Virus record (IMG/VR): IMGVR_UViG_3300027736_001324
Location: 186,001-250,000 of that record
Reading direction: 5' to 3' (one strand)
Length of the DNA stretch: 64,000 bases
A program made the position numbers and the translations under genes. Below are positions 46,467 to 56,389 of this stretch, piece by piece; position 1 is the stretch's first letter; each line of letters starts with the position of its first letter. Below the pieces are notes generated by a model. The model was not told where the DNA came from, ran no database searches, and saw only the letters and a list, made by a program, of their open reading frames with translations.

Positions 46467-46495
46467 TTGACTTTATTGCGTAATTCTGTTACACT
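46467..46495 (+). promoter_or_regulatory. sigma70-type promoter for uvsE, overlapping a divergent late promoter
   Basis: TTGACT-17bp-TACACT; GATAAATA on minus strand at 46504-46511. Confidence 0.65.
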
Positions 46496-46497
46496 AT

Positions 46498-47553
46498 ATG
46501 TATTATTTATCACTTTGGACTTTTATCTTGACAAATCAATCTATCAAACGTATCGGTTTCGCTTGTAAGTTTAGTGAACTAAACAGTAAGGGTGAAATCT
46601 GTTCTATCAAAGAACTAAACACAGGCGGCACAACTCGTGCCTGGGTCAATAGACAAACTCAAAGTGTAGCGGAAGAAAAGGTGCTAGATGTATCAAAACA
46701 AAACATTCTACATACTCACAATCTAGTTAAAAAAGTGTCATCACTGGAACCCGCATTGCGTATGGTTCGTCTTACATCGGATATGTTGCCTTTCTATACA
46801 ATGGATGGCTGGCAAGAGTTTTGGCAAGATAAATCAATGCAGGATAATCTAGCACGATGGTTTGCACCCATCGGTGAAACTGCACGGGCTAATGATGTTC
46901 GTCTTAGCTTTCACCCTGACCAATTTGTAGTTTTAGCGAGTGACCGTGAAGAAGTAGTAAATAAGAGTATAGAAGAATTTGAATATCATTGTGACATGGT
47001 TCGTTGGATGGGCTATGGCAAGACATTTCAAGACTTCAAAGTTAATGTACACATCAGTGGTCGTAAAGGTCCACAGGGCATTCGTGATGTATACAATCGT
47101 TTGTCACCCGAAGCCCGCAACACACTTACACTAGAGAATGAGGAATACACACATGGACTTACAGACTGCTTATCATTATCTGACCTCGTACCTACGGTCC
47201 TGGACATACATCACCACTGGATTAGGGAAGGTGAATATATTCAACCTACTGATGACAGGGTTAAGAGGGTTATTGATAGTTGGCGTGGCGTGCGCCCTAC
47301 TATGCATTACAGTGTTAGCCGCGAAGATGTACTCACAGGTCATTCCACTACACAATTACCCGATCATGGTGCGTTGATTGCAGAAGGACACAGTAAACAG
47401 AAACTCAGGGCACATAGCGACCAATATTGGAACGATGCTGTGAACGATTGGGCATTGACATTTGTTGATAACTTTGATACCATGTGTGAATCAAAATGGA
47501 AAAATCTTGCCAGCTTTAAATTATTTGAAAGATACAAAAATGGGATTATTTGA
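46498..47553 (+). CDS. uvsE: UV-damage endonuclease
   Basis: RIGFACK, MVRLTSD, RLSFHPDQF, NVHISG, LTLENEE, VLDIHHH, PTMHYS, RAHSD; true start may be slightly downstream. Confidence 0.92.
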   Translation: MYYLSLWTFILTNQSIKRIGFACKFSELNSKGEICSIKELNTGGTTRAWVNRQTQSVAEEKVLDVSKQNILHTHNLVKKVSSLEPALRMVRLTSDMLPFYTMDGWQEFWQDKSMQDNLARWFAPIGETARANDVRLSFHPDQFVVLASDREEVVNKSIEEFEYHCDMVRWMGYGKTFQDFKVNVHISGRKGPQGIRDVYNRLSPEARNTLTLENEEYTHGLTDCLSLSDLVPTVLDIHHHWIREGEYIQPTDDRVKRVIDSWRGVRPTMHYSVSREDVLTGHSTTQLPDHGALIAEGHSKQKLRAHSDQYWNDAVNDWALTFVDNFDTMCESKWKNLASFKLFERYKNGII

Positions 47554-47983
47554 TAAACTATTTGGCAAAAAGCCAGAACCAGTGGTAGAGGCACCAAAGC
47601 CTGTAACGGAAAAGAAACCTCGCAAACCTAAGATAAAGAAGGAAGCACCTACTTCATCTGATAAGGAAAAGGCCAATGCAGAGGGACTACCCTATGTTAA
47701 CATTCTCAAAATGGAAATCGATCCATACGATATTAACAGTGGTGCGTTTGAACTTGACTTTAACGACAAATTCGTATTGAATCTGATTCGTGCAGGGTAT
47801 AAAATTCGTGATGACGATACTGATACTATCATTGTGGATCGCTGGTTCCAAACAGTTTGTCGCAATGTAGCACTTGAACTGTATGAACAGCAACAAGCGG
47901 ATCCGGAAAACCGAGCAATGGCCTCAGATATGAGAGTGGTCCGTGCTAAGGATTTGGGTGATGGACGTACAGAGGTAAGTTGA
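47540..47983 (+). CDS. hypothetical protein
   Basis: ATG 47540 overlapping uvsE stop. Confidence 0.65.
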   Translation: MGLFDKLFGKKPEPVVEAPKPVTEKKPRKPKIKKEAPTSSDKEKANAEGLPYVNILKMEIDPYDINSGAFELDFNDKFVLNLIRAGYKIRDDDTDTIIVDRWFQTVCRNVALELYEQQQADPENRAMASDMRVVRAKDLGDGRTEVS

Positions 47984-48423
47984 TGAGAAGATCAGTTTTT
48001 AATACTTTTATAGAGAGTAGCGTATATAATATATTGAATCGGAATAAGGAACATGTTAATTGTCCCTTGATAATTAAAACATCATACAAGACTCTGTATC
48101 GCCGAGCATTGTATTGTGCAGAGCATGATTTTTTTCTTACTTGGGTTAATGAAAATCATTATGATGAGTATAAAGAATTAGGAATCAATCATGTAGAATA
48201 CCCCGATGATAATTATTATTTCTCATTGTTACACCAGACCAACTCTAAAAATAATAACTGGGCAGTAAAAAACTTGTTAACAATGGGTGATCCTGAAATA
48301 ACAACAAAAGTAAAAAACTATAGAAATGGCAAAAAAGTTGATTTATGGGTAGCTTTCAAGGGAGACCCATGTCGTGATCCTTCAATGCCTGAATATTGGA
48401 AATTTATTGAGAAATTTGTATAA
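47980..48423 (+). CDS. hypothetical protein
   Basis: 147-aa ORF. Confidence 0.55.
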   Translation: MMRRSVFNTFIESSVYNILNRNKEHVNCPLIIKTSYKTLYRRALYCAEHDFFLTWVNENHYDEYKELGINHVEYPDDNYYFSLLHQTNSKNNNWAVKNLLTMGDPEITTKVKNYRNGKKVDLWVAFKGDPCRDPSMPEYWKFIEKFV

Positions 48424-48453
48424 TTTTGTTGTAAAAATGCAACAAACTAATAG

Positions 48454-48482
48454 TTGACATTAATATCAAACTACTGTATACT
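48454..48482 (+). promoter_or_regulatory. sigma70-type promoter
   Basis: TTGACA-17bp-TATACT. Confidence 0.85.
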
Positions 48483-48509
48483 TAAGGCTTATTAACTCAA
48501 ATATACAAT

Positions 48510-49121
48510 ATGTCTAATAATTATGAAATTGACCCTAAGATAATTTCAAAATTGAAATCATTTGATTGGGATTTTATTATTGATTTTGGATTCAATAAAG
48601 TAAATCATATCAAGGGAAATCAATATAATTTTTGGAGAGGTACACTAATGGAACAAATAGTTGCCCTGCAAGATACAAAATTGAAGTTTGTGGGTGGTGA
48701 TACTCATCATAAAGATTTTGACTGGGAACGGTTTGGAGTAACTTTAGAACTTAAATCTTTACTTACTAAAGAGATGTACACTAGACGCGGTGCTCTTAAA
48801 ACAAATTTTAAATTAAATCTTACCAACTTACGAAGTACACGAGAATTAAAGGAATCAGAAATTTGTGATATAATTTTAGTTATTATGAAAGATGGTACTT
48901 TCATAATTCCTAAACAAATAGCTTTCCAAAATCGTATACAAAACGGCAAAAAAGTTGATATAATTGTGCCATCTAAGTATATTATTGAAATTTCAGGTAG
49001 AAAAAGTTTAAGTCTTGTAAATCAAAAGGTAGATATCAACGAAATGATACGAGATTTTAGTAAACATACTATTGAACTAGCAAAAGAAGATTTTATTTCT
49101 CGGCAAAAACTAAAGGTGTAA
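48510..49121 (+). CDS. putative PD-(D/E)xK nuclease
   Basis: GTLME...KDF...LELKS pattern. Confidence 0.4.
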   Translation: MSNNYEIDPKIISKLKSFDWDFIIDFGFNKVNHIKGNQYNFWRGTLMEQIVALQDTKLKFVGGDTHHKDFDWERFGVTLELKSLLTKEMYTRRGALKTNFKLNLTNLRSTRELKESEICDIILVIMKDGTFIIPKQIAFQNRIQNGKKVDIIVPSKYIIEISGRKSLSLVNQKVDINEMIRDFSKHTIELAKEDFISRQKLKV

Positions 49122-49124
49122 ATT

Positions 49125-50402
49125 ATGGCTACAGCAATTTTTAACAAGCCTCAGGGCAAAATTGATATTTCAAAAATTGATAATGTTCTTATTAAGCCCA
49201 AAGGAACATTTAAAAAATATACAGTACAAGATTGGGGCGATATGCTTATGTTAGATAAGGAAATTAAAAATATCCTTAATACTGATAAGGCAAATGATGT
49301 TGCAAATACAGATTCTAGATTTGACCCCGCAGTAATGGGTGTTACTGGATACACCTTGCTTAAGGAATTCTTTTATGATGAGGAATATCAACGATTAATG
49401 GAAATGAGCAATTCAAAAAGATTGCTTAGAACTTTTGATTTACGATTCTTTACGTGTGTATTTTGTGTTAAGGTAATAAACAAAAAGAATAAACCTTTTA
49501 CTATCATAGACGGCGCAGGCAATGCAATGGTTCTTTATATGAACACGGTTGACGGATGGCACCATTTAGTTGACTTGTACCTTGAACTACGTGCAGGAAA
49601 TATCAAAGGATGGGATCCTGAAGATTGGGGAGACTTTCCTGTGCCCACACAAACATGGACAACCGATGATCCTACTTTACCGGGTCTTATTGCACTTATG
49701 TTAAACGGTGAAGGACAGTCTAAATGGGGTGAATTTGAATATTTGAGAATTCATAGCAATAATTATAGATTGTATCCCAAACAAGCAACTGAGCAGGATA
49801 AATTAGCATACGACCAAGTAATGACTTGTCTCCAGGCAGGTAATACTGCACTACTACCTAACAATCATACTGATGCTAAAGAAGCCGGGGTGTTTTCACA
49901 CATTGGGGCAGTAACGCAAAGTGCTAATGCAGAAATACCCCGTCTGGAGTTTATCATGTCTCAAAATGAAAAATGGTGGCCTTTAGAGGAAAGAAGTAGT
50001 GCAATGTTTGGGTTTTATGGTAACATATACGATGAGTTTGTTCGCAATCACAAACCACTTGGTGGCACCGCATTTGACGATCAAATGCTAAATTATCATT
50101 ATATCCTACAACAAGTATTTGGTAATTTAAGCAAGGCAATGAAAGCTATTAAGGGTAAACACGGGGCATTGAAAAAATTAGAGACATTATCTAATCAAGG
50201 TTGGAAAGCACCAAGTGGTGACACTGAAGTATTGGCAGTAGTAGAAATCATTTATAAGGATTATTTAAAGGGTACTCATAAAATTTCTGCGATACGTGGA
50301 AGTTATGTTTGGACTAATACAAAAAAGCAACAACAAACAGTTGTGGATGCTTTAATGAAACTTCCAAATACTACTTATGCTCAAATAATTAGTTCCTTAT
50401 AA
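49125..50402 (+). CDS. hypothetical protein with ParB/DndB-like motif
   Basis: TVDGWHHL resembles DGxHR; 425 aa. Confidence 0.4.
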   Translation: MATAIFNKPQGKIDISKIDNVLIKPKGTFKKYTVQDWGDMLMLDKEIKNILNTDKANDVANTDSRFDPAVMGVTGYTLLKEFFYDEEYQRLMEMSNSKRLLRTFDLRFFTCVFCVKVINKKNKPFTIIDGAGNAMVLYMNTVDGWHHLVDLYLELRAGNIKGWDPEDWGDFPVPTQTWTTDDPTLPGLIALMLNGEGQSKWGEFEYLRIHSNNYRLYPKQATEQDKLAYDQVMTCLQAGNTALLPNNHTDAKEAGVFSHIGAVTQSANAEIPRLEFIMSQNEKWWPLEERSSAMFGFYGNIYDEFVRNHKPLGGTAFDDQMLNYHYILQQVFGNLSKAMKAIKGKHGALKKLETLSNQGWKAPSGDTEVLAVVEIIYKDYLKGTHKISAIRGSYVWTNTKKQQQTVVDALMKLPNTTYAQIISSL

Positions 50403-50403
50403 G

Positions 50404-50432
50404 TTGACTTTATTCAAATACCAGTATATAAT
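50404..50432 (+). promoter_or_regulatory. sigma70-type promoter
   Basis: TTGACT-17bp-TATAAT; ATG 6 nt after. Confidence 0.8.
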
Positions 50433-50438
50433 ACACGT

Positions 50439-51434
50439 ATGAAATACGCATTAATTGATACCGCAAATACTTTTTTTCGGGCCCGTCACATTGCATCACG
50501 CAGTAGTACGGTTGACGAGAAGATAGGGATGGCAATTCATCTTACACTAGCAAGTACTAATCAAATCGTTAAACGTTTTGGAATTGATCATGTTGTGTTT
50601 TGTCTCGAAGGTAGGTCGTGGAGAAAGGACTTCTATGCTCCATATAAGAAGAACCGTGTAGTAGATACGCTATCGCAAACAGAAGCGGAAGTGGAAGAAA
50701 ACACCATGTTTTGGCAAACGTATGAGGCCTTCACAAATTACCTTAAAGACCGCACAAACTGTAGTGTATTGCGTGATCCTAAGGCTGAAGCTGATGATCT
50801 CATAGCCCGCTGGATTCACTTGCATCCAGCAGATGAACATTTTATAATTTCAACCGACAGCGATTTTTACCAATTAATTTCTCCTACAGTAAAACAATAT
50901 TCGGGTGTCACTGGTGAACTAATTACGCTAGAGGGATTTTTCAAAGAAAATGGTAAGCCCGTATTGGATAAGTTAAAGAATCCGAAACTATTAGAGGATC
51001 CACAATATATATTATTTCGCAAAATAATGCGCGGTGACGCAACCGACAACGTATTCAGTGCTTTTCCCGGGGTACGTGAAAAAGGTTCAGCAAAGAAAGC
51101 TGGATTGATTGAAGCATATGCTGATCGCCATAAGCAAGGCTATGCGTGGAACAATATGCAACTTTCCCGCTGGTCCGACCATGAAGGAAATGAGGTCCGT
51201 GTCAAGGACGCATATGAGAGAAATCGTACCCTAATTGACTTGACAGCACAGCCCGATGATGTTAAACTGTCAGTAGATACAAACATCCGTGAAGGTGTTC
51301 GTACAACTACTATTCCTCAAGTGGGCCTACACTTACTAAAATTTTGCGGGAAGTATGAACTGCAAAAAATTGCAGATAACGCGGAGACATACGCAAAATG
51401 GTTGAACAGCCCTTATGTAGGAGTATTGAAATGA
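50439..51434 (+). CDS. 5'-3' exonuclease / T4 RNase H-like
   Basis: LIDTAN, SWRKDFYAPYKKNR, EADDLIA, STDSDF, GDATDNV..PGV. Confidence 0.92.
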   Translation: MKYALIDTANTFFRARHIASRSSTVDEKIGMAIHLTLASTNQIVKRFGIDHVVFCLEGRSWRKDFYAPYKKNRVVDTLSQTEAEVEENTMFWQTYEAFTNYLKDRTNCSVLRDPKAEADDLIARWIHLHPADEHFIISTDSDFYQLISPTVKQYSGVTGELITLEGFFKENGKPVLDKLKNPKLLEDPQYILFRKIMRGDATDNVFSAFPGVREKGSAKKAGLIEAYADRHKQGYAWNNMQLSRWSDHEGNEVRVKDAYERNRTLIDLTAQPDDVKLSVDTNIREGVRTTTIPQVGLHLLKFCGKYELQKIADNAETYAKWLNSPYVGVLK

Positions 51435-51634
51435 ATAACAGAGTAAGAGAATTAATTAAAGAACACGGTAGTGATTCTAGTGGCAAGTGGGTAGCAATTG
51501 ATAAGGTAGAATTGATTGCCGAGTTGATTGCTTACGAATGTATGGACCTTGCTCTGGGGTCTAGTCATAGAGAAGATGATATGGGTGCTATTATTGCTAA
51601 TAAGATTAAGAAACATTTTGGAGTAGAAGAATGA
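51431..51634 (+). CDS. small protein, FGVEE-ending paralog family
   Basis: MNNRVREL..AELIAYEC..IKKHFGVEE. Confidence 0.65.
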   Translation: MNNRVRELIKEHGSDSSGKWVAIDKVELIAELIAYECMDLALGSSHREDDMGAIIANKIKKHFGVEE

Positions 51635-52068
51635 GAAAAATTATTGAAGATACAATTACTAGAAACAAAGACTTTCAAGAAGAAAGACGGCTGAGAGTAA
51701 AAAGATTTAAAGAACTAAAGGCTCCCGATATCATAATTGAAACTGAAGAAATGATTTCAAAGATGACTTTAGCAGAATATAACATCTACTGCCAGCAACT
51801 TGAAGAAGAAGATAAAAAAGTTAAATTGGAATATGCTAAAAATAATCCTATTCAACAATCTATAGTTGATGAGATTTATAATAGAGAAAGTAAATTAGAA
51901 TATGATTATTTCATTTATTCATCTAATGTTCATCTGGCAATGGCTATTGATCCTTTGAGTTTTATGAGCAACGAAGATTATGAAAATGATTTGTATAGAA
52001 CCTTTTTAGAACACGCCAAAGAACTTTATAGAAATAGATTCAAAGAACAGTTTGGAGTAGAAGAATGA
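51631..52068 (+). CDS. hypothetical protein
   Basis: 145 aa, ends FGVEE. Confidence 0.65.
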   Translation: MRKIIEDTITRNKDFQEERRLRVKRFKELKAPDIIIETEEMISKMTLAEYNIYCQQLEEEDKKVKLEYAKNNPIQQSIVDEIYNRESKLEYDYFIYSSNVHLAMAIDPLSFMSNEDYENDLYRTFLEHAKELYRNRFKEQFGVEE

Positions 52069-52349
52069 AATTTAAAATTTGCGGAATAGATTACGAAGTA
52101 AAATATAAAACATCGGAAGAAATGCAAGGCACTATTGGCTTAGCACGATTCAATGACCAAGAGATTTGGATTGGTGATCAATTTACTGAACAAACTAAAA
52201 AGATTGCATTGTGGCATGAAGTATTACATATACTAGACCATGCATACAATCTAAAGATGACAGAAGAACAGGTGAAGTTTCAAACACATGCATTAATTGC
52301 ACTAGTAGAAGATAACCCGGAAGTATTTAAAAATGGCACAACACAGTAA
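52065..52349 (+). CDS. small HExxH metallopeptidase-like protein
   Basis: ALWHEVLH. Confidence 0.55.
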   Translation: MKFKICGIDYEVKYKTSEEMQGTIGLARFNDQEIWIGDQFTEQTKKIALWHEVLHILDHAYNLKMTEEQVKFQTHALIALVEDNPEVFKNGTTQ

Positions 52350-53178
52350 TTACTGGTCATGCACACCCTTTGCTGATTGGGTGCGCGGTATGCCAAAAGG
52401 CGGAGCCAAGACTAGTGAAGGTTGGGATGAATGGAATAGTGAAGCTAAACAATACCATCCTGTTCGTTATTGGTTAGCAGAAGAAGGTCTTGATAAACTT
52501 CAAGATTTTGTAACATATCCTGTCAGAAAAATATATGATGTCAAATATTACATTAATAACAGGTACGTTACTCGTACTCATGCTCTCACCGCTCATAGCC
52601 GTGATATTAAGCCTGGTTCTTGGTCTGATGTTGGGAGTCGCTTCCTTCCATGCTTATTTAATGAGTTGGTTGATTTTGTCGAGGTCGAGCAAGCCTGGAG
52701 CCACATCGCATGGGGAAGTAAAGAAGATAGAAAGAAGTATGATGCTCCTTTTTATGCTACTGGGTGGTGGCGTTGGCGCACTTGGCGTTGCCCTCAAGCA
52801 GGTATCGATCATCTTGACTGGGCAATGACACTTACTCTTGATAAAGATATGGGTGTAGATCCAGATAACCCAGAATATGGCAAGCCTACTGGTCAAGCAT
52901 TACGTGCTAAAGAAATTAAAGAACTGTATACATGGTGGACAGTAACATATCGTAATCGTCCGGACCCTCACGATGCAAGTGGTTGGAGTGAATACTGTGA
53001 AAGTTTACGAATCAAGTTTGGTACAAACTGGATTGGTAGATCCGATAAAGATACTGCAAGTAAAAAAGCAGGTGATAAGGCTCTTAAACTTACTACTAAG
53101 ATTGAAGCAGCCTACGACAAAGAAGATGAACAAATGATGATCCGTTTAATTAAAATTCGTGATAGTTTGTGGACATGA
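52333..53178 (+). CDS. Trp-rich hypothetical protein
   Basis: 281-aa ORF. Confidence 0.7.
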   Translation: MAQHSNYWSCTPFADWVRGMPKGGAKTSEGWDEWNSEAKQYHPVRYWLAEEGLDKLQDFVTYPVRKIYDVKYYINNRYVTRTHALTAHSRDIKPGSWSDVGSRFLPCLFNELVDFVEVEQAWSHIAWGSKEDRKKYDAPFYATGWWRWRTWRCPQAGIDHLDWAMTLTLDKDMGVDPDNPEYGKPTGQALRAKEIKELYTWWTVTYRNRPDPHDASGWSEYCESLRIKFGTNWIGRSDKDTASKKAGDKALKLTTKIEAAYDKEDEQMMIRLIKIRDSLWT

Positions 53179-53179
53179 T

Positions 53180-53629
53180 ATGAAAAAGATTTACTACGAA
53201 AAAGTAGGACGTAAGTATGTACCTGTTGCAGAATACGATAGCGACTGGATGGACAGTTTTCATAAAGGTACACACCTTTTGATGGTATATCCGGGTGGGC
53301 AGAGTCGTAGGTTTAATATTGATCCCAACTATGCAGCTATGATTGCAGCCAGCCGAGTAGCCGAAGAAGCTATAATTCAGGCTATGCACAAAGCTAGTGA
53401 ATTAAAGCCTACCCAAACTCCGATAACAGAAGGTCAACGCAAGGCATGGAAGAAACTAGCAAAAGAGTTTGGTAATGAACTTTGTACCTTGAACGGAGCC
53501 AGTTCACACGATATTGCCGAAGCAGGTGTGAAAGCTATGATGGCAGAAGCTGATCAGTTAATGACTAACCCTGCTGTAAAGAAAGCCTACGAACATTTTT
53601 TATTGGTTGCTGAATTGACAAAGGATTAA
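53180..53629 (+). CDS. hypothetical protein
   Basis: ATG 53180. Confidence 0.65.
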   Translation: MKKIYYEKVGRKYVPVAEYDSDWMDSFHKGTHLLMVYPGGQSRRFNIDPNYAAMIAASRVAEEAIIQAMHKASELKPTQTPITEGQRKAWKKLAKEFGNELCTLNGASSHDIAEAGVKAMMAEADQLMTNPAVKKAYEHFLLVAELTKD

Positions 53630-53631
53630 GT

Positions 53632-53823
53632 ATGACAGTAGATGAATACGTTAAAGAATTAGAAGTACAACTTGAGGCAGATGTAATTGAAAAGTTTAAA
53701 GACTGGCCAGTTGATACTAAGTTGTATATGTACTTACATCATATTCAACTACAATTCATGGCAGATTACATGGACGCCCTTAATGTTGCTATGCAAATTT
53801 ATAGGTCAAAAAAGAATGCGTAA
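53632..53823 (+). CDS. hypothetical protein
   Basis: 63 aa. Confidence 0.55.
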   Translation: MTVDEYVKELEVQLEADVIEKFKDWPVDTKLYMYLHHIQLQFMADYMDALNVAMQIYRSKKNA

Positions 53824-53931
53824 ATATATAACCAACAAATTCAATAGTGTATTTCTTCCTTACGAAGAAGGCATGATTGAATGGCTTAATGAAAACTACC
53901 CGCACAGTAAATATGTTGTTGTTGAGGTTGT

Positions 53932-54135
53932 ATGAACGAACGAATTAAACTACTAAAAGAACAGTCTATGGAATGGGTGCCTAATATGGCTGACCCAGAT
54001 ACCAAGATTCGGCTGCTCAATGCTGAAAAGTTTGCCGAGTTGATTATAAAAGAATGTGCTACTGCGGTAGCCAAAGCCAACAATCCTCTTGGACGCAATA
54101 TTGATAAACTATTTGAAATGCACTTTGAAAAATGA
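53932..54135 (+). CDS. small protein, same paralog family as 51431
   Basis: MNERIKLL..EKFAELIIKEC. Confidence 0.65.
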   Translation: MNERIKLLKEQSMEWVPNMADPDTKIRLLNAEKFAELIIKECATAVAKANNPLGRNIDKLFEMHFEK

Positions 54136-54356
54136 TTGAAATTTTTATACCTGTATTATTCATGTGTCTAAATGACAATTGTAATTTCATGCAATCACAG
54201 AATGTTTATAAGTCGGAAGCACAATGCAGATTATCAATCGATAATCAAAAAAAACACATGCTTGAAGTTGCCAATCAAGCTGGTCAGCCAAAGATAACTA
54301 TACTTGAAGGTACTTGTATTAATACGAAAATTGAAAATACAGGAAAGAAAATATGA
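54132..54356 (+). CDS. small exported/membrane protein
   Basis: Hydrophobic N-terminus, Cys residues. Confidence 0.55.
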   Translation: MIEIFIPVLFMCLNDNCNFMQSQNVYKSEAQCRLSIDNQKKHMLEVANQAGQPKITILEGTCINTKIENTGKKI

Positions 54357-54631
54357 TATACGTTAAACTACGTTTAACTAATCCATGGAGTCCAACTTGG
54401 GAAGTATTAAAAACTATTAGTGGACAATTTACTAAAAATAAAGCATGGGAATTTAATATATATCACAGTAATGAATTATTAGGTATAGAATTTGAATATA
54501 CACTACGAACCGATCATGCAGGGCTTGGGTTAACATTGTCATTTTTTAATTATACCTTTGAGTATAAAATTTACGATATAAGACATTGGGATTATACAGA
54601 AGATAAATGGAGTACTACCACGTATGCGTAA
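54353..54631 (+). CDS. hypothetical protein
   Basis: 92 aa. Confidence 0.55.
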   Translation: MIYVKLRLTNPWSPTWEVLKTISGQFTKNKAWEFNIYHSNELLGIEFEYTLRTDHAGLGLTLSFFNYTFEYKIYDIRHWDYTEDKWSTTTYA

Positions 54632-54917
54632 TCAAGCAGATTATTTTAAAGAAAATCGTCACGTAGCCAAATATGAATTTGGTCAACGTATCTTTGGATA
54701 CTGGAATAGTATTCCATTCGTGGGTACGGTTGGCAATGATACTGTAATCAACGACACAATTGGACCACAATACAGTATCCATTTAGATTTACCAATACGC
54801 TTTGAGAATACTACCTATAATGTTATAGTAGACAAACAAAGTAATTTTAAAAAGATTACAAAATTAATAGAAATGGAAGAAGATGTCAAAACCACTAATC
54901 GCAAAACCCGTCGTTAA
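54624..54917 (+). CDS. hypothetical protein
   Basis: 97 aa. Confidence 0.6.
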   Translation: MRNQADYFKENRHVAKYEFGQRIFGYWNSIPFVGTVGNDTVINDTIGPQYSIHLDLPIRFENTTYNVIVDKQSNFKKITKLIEMEEDVKTTNRKTRR

Positions 54918-55341
54918 AAATCAATTTTGGATTGTTACTGATGGCAAAGAAAAAGTAGGAAATGTAATTGCTGATGGGTCTGGCTTTGAAGTAAAACTCA
55001 ACGGCAGTAAAACTCATTTCAAAAATACTAATGCAATTAAAAAACAAACTAGTATACAGTTTGAAACAACCAAGGTAGATAAGAATAAAAAAGAAATACC
55101 TTTCAACGAATACCCGACTACAAAGAAGGTATTTAACTCTATACTTGATATCAAGCGCAAGATTCATCTATTCACAAAGACCCAGAAAAGCAAGTGTTTT
55201 CACGCCGCAGGGTGGTATGTTTTGTATCAAGGTGATGAACCAGTTGTAACATTTTGCCCTAAATACATCTTTATTCAGCGTTATGAGTATCTAGGTCCGT
55301 TCAAAACAGAGGATGAGGCAAAAAAACTGATAAATATCTAA
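54883..55341 (+). CDS. hypothetical phage protein
   Basis: 152 aa. Confidence 0.65.
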   Translation: MSKPLIAKPVVKNQFWIVTDGKEKVGNVIADGSGFEVKLNGSKTHFKNTNAIKKQTSIQFETTKVDKNKKEIPFNEYPTTKKVFNSILDIKRKIHLFTKTQKSKCFHAAGWYVLYQGDEPVVTFCPKYIFIQRYEYLGPFKTEDEAKKLINI

Positions 55342-55541
55342 TGATTCATATCAAACGATTTATTGATAGAGTAGCAAGTATTGAGAGTAGACAGGGTAAA
55401 GATGTGGTTATTCCATTATCTGATGCTCGTGGACTACGTGACGAATTAGCTAAACTACTAGTAGATCACTATGAGGTTACTGAAGGAAAGAAGAACACTT
55501 CCGAAGTTATTCAAGTTGAACTAGTCGGAGGTAAATTTTAA
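55341..55541 (+). CDS. hypothetical protein
   Basis: 66 aa, coupled. Confidence 0.6.
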   Translation: MIHIKRFIDRVASIESRQGKDVVIPLSDARGLRDELAKLLVDHYEVTEGKKNTSEVIQVELVGGKF

Positions 55542-55834
55542 TGAGTAGAACACAACCAAAAGTATTATTGGAACTTGTAGATAAAAATACATACAAGTGC
55601 GATCAAATTGTAGAAGCCAGTGGCATATGGGCTGTATTCTATGATGGCCAACCTATTAACTTAAAGTCACAACACTATCAAGATCCAGACGCTACTCCTA
55701 AATATAAGAAAACAAGTTTTAGTAATCCGGGTCATGCACGTAATCTTTGTCGCAAACTAAACACACAATTTAAAACAGATAAATTCACGGTTGTGTTTAT
55801 GAATAATGGTACTACTGTGTACCCAGATGAGTGA
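55541..55834 (+). CDS. hypothetical phage protein
   Basis: 97 aa, YKKTSFSNPGHA motif. Confidence 0.65.
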   Translation: MSRTQPKVLLELVDKNTYKCDQIVEASGIWAVFYDGQPINLKSQHYQDPDATPKYKKTSFSNPGHARNLCRKLNTQFKTDKFTVVFMNNGTTVYPDE

Positions 55835-56216
55835 TAGAAAAAAACTAAAATACACTATCACTAGAGCAGTTATGGATCAACTGCCTAGCAATAACATCCC
55901 AATTGAAACAATCATAAGTGATTGGTGGTTCACCAAATCAGGTGATAGCCTGCGCCTGACGCCACAGGGCGATATAAAATTCAAAGAAGCACAGATAGAA
56001 TATTTTGACCTACCTGTCAAAGTTAAGAAAACTAATTGGTATAAGTTTCTAACTGAATGTAATAGAAAAATTAAATGTCCATATTACTTTAGTGTAAATA
56101 AAAATGTAGAGTCAAAAGAACCTTTCATAAGACTATACGATAGTAAGATAGCAATGATGCTAGCACTATACGGTGATATAGAAAGTTATTTAGAATCAGT
56201 GAGGATACGACAATGA
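55827..56216 (+). CDS. hypothetical protein
   Basis: ATG 55827 overlapping upstream stop. Confidence 0.6.
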   Translation: MSDRKKLKYTITRAVMDQLPSNNIPIETIISDWWFTKSGDSLRLTPQGDIKFKEAQIEYFDLPVKVKKTNWYKFLTECNRKIKCPYYFSVNKNVESKEPFIRLYDSKIAMMLALYGDIESYLESVRIRQ

Positions 56217-56389
56217 CAGAAGAAAAGAAAAGCAAGAACCCATTCATTGCAATGGCACAAGAAGCTAAAAAGAAAAACGCACTAGCAAATCCTGGATTAG
56301 GTAAGGCCCCTAAAAGTCAAGGACCTAAAGCAAACACTAAGGGATTTGGTGGGGCAAATGTTACACGTAGAGCAGGTCGCGGTGGTTAA
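56213..56389 (+). CDS. 58-aa basic protein (not in supplied ORF track)
   Basis: MTEEKKSKNPF...TRRAGRGG. Confidence 0.55.
   Translation: MTEEKKSKNPFIAMAQEAKKKNALANPGLGKAPKSQGPKANTKGFGGANVTRRAGRGG

Noticed and set aside
46660-46677. CAAAGTGTAGCGGAAGAA in uvsE as an eleventh junction repeat
   Set aside because: Four mismatches to consensus and it lies inside a single continuous TIM-barrel enzyme; probably chance.
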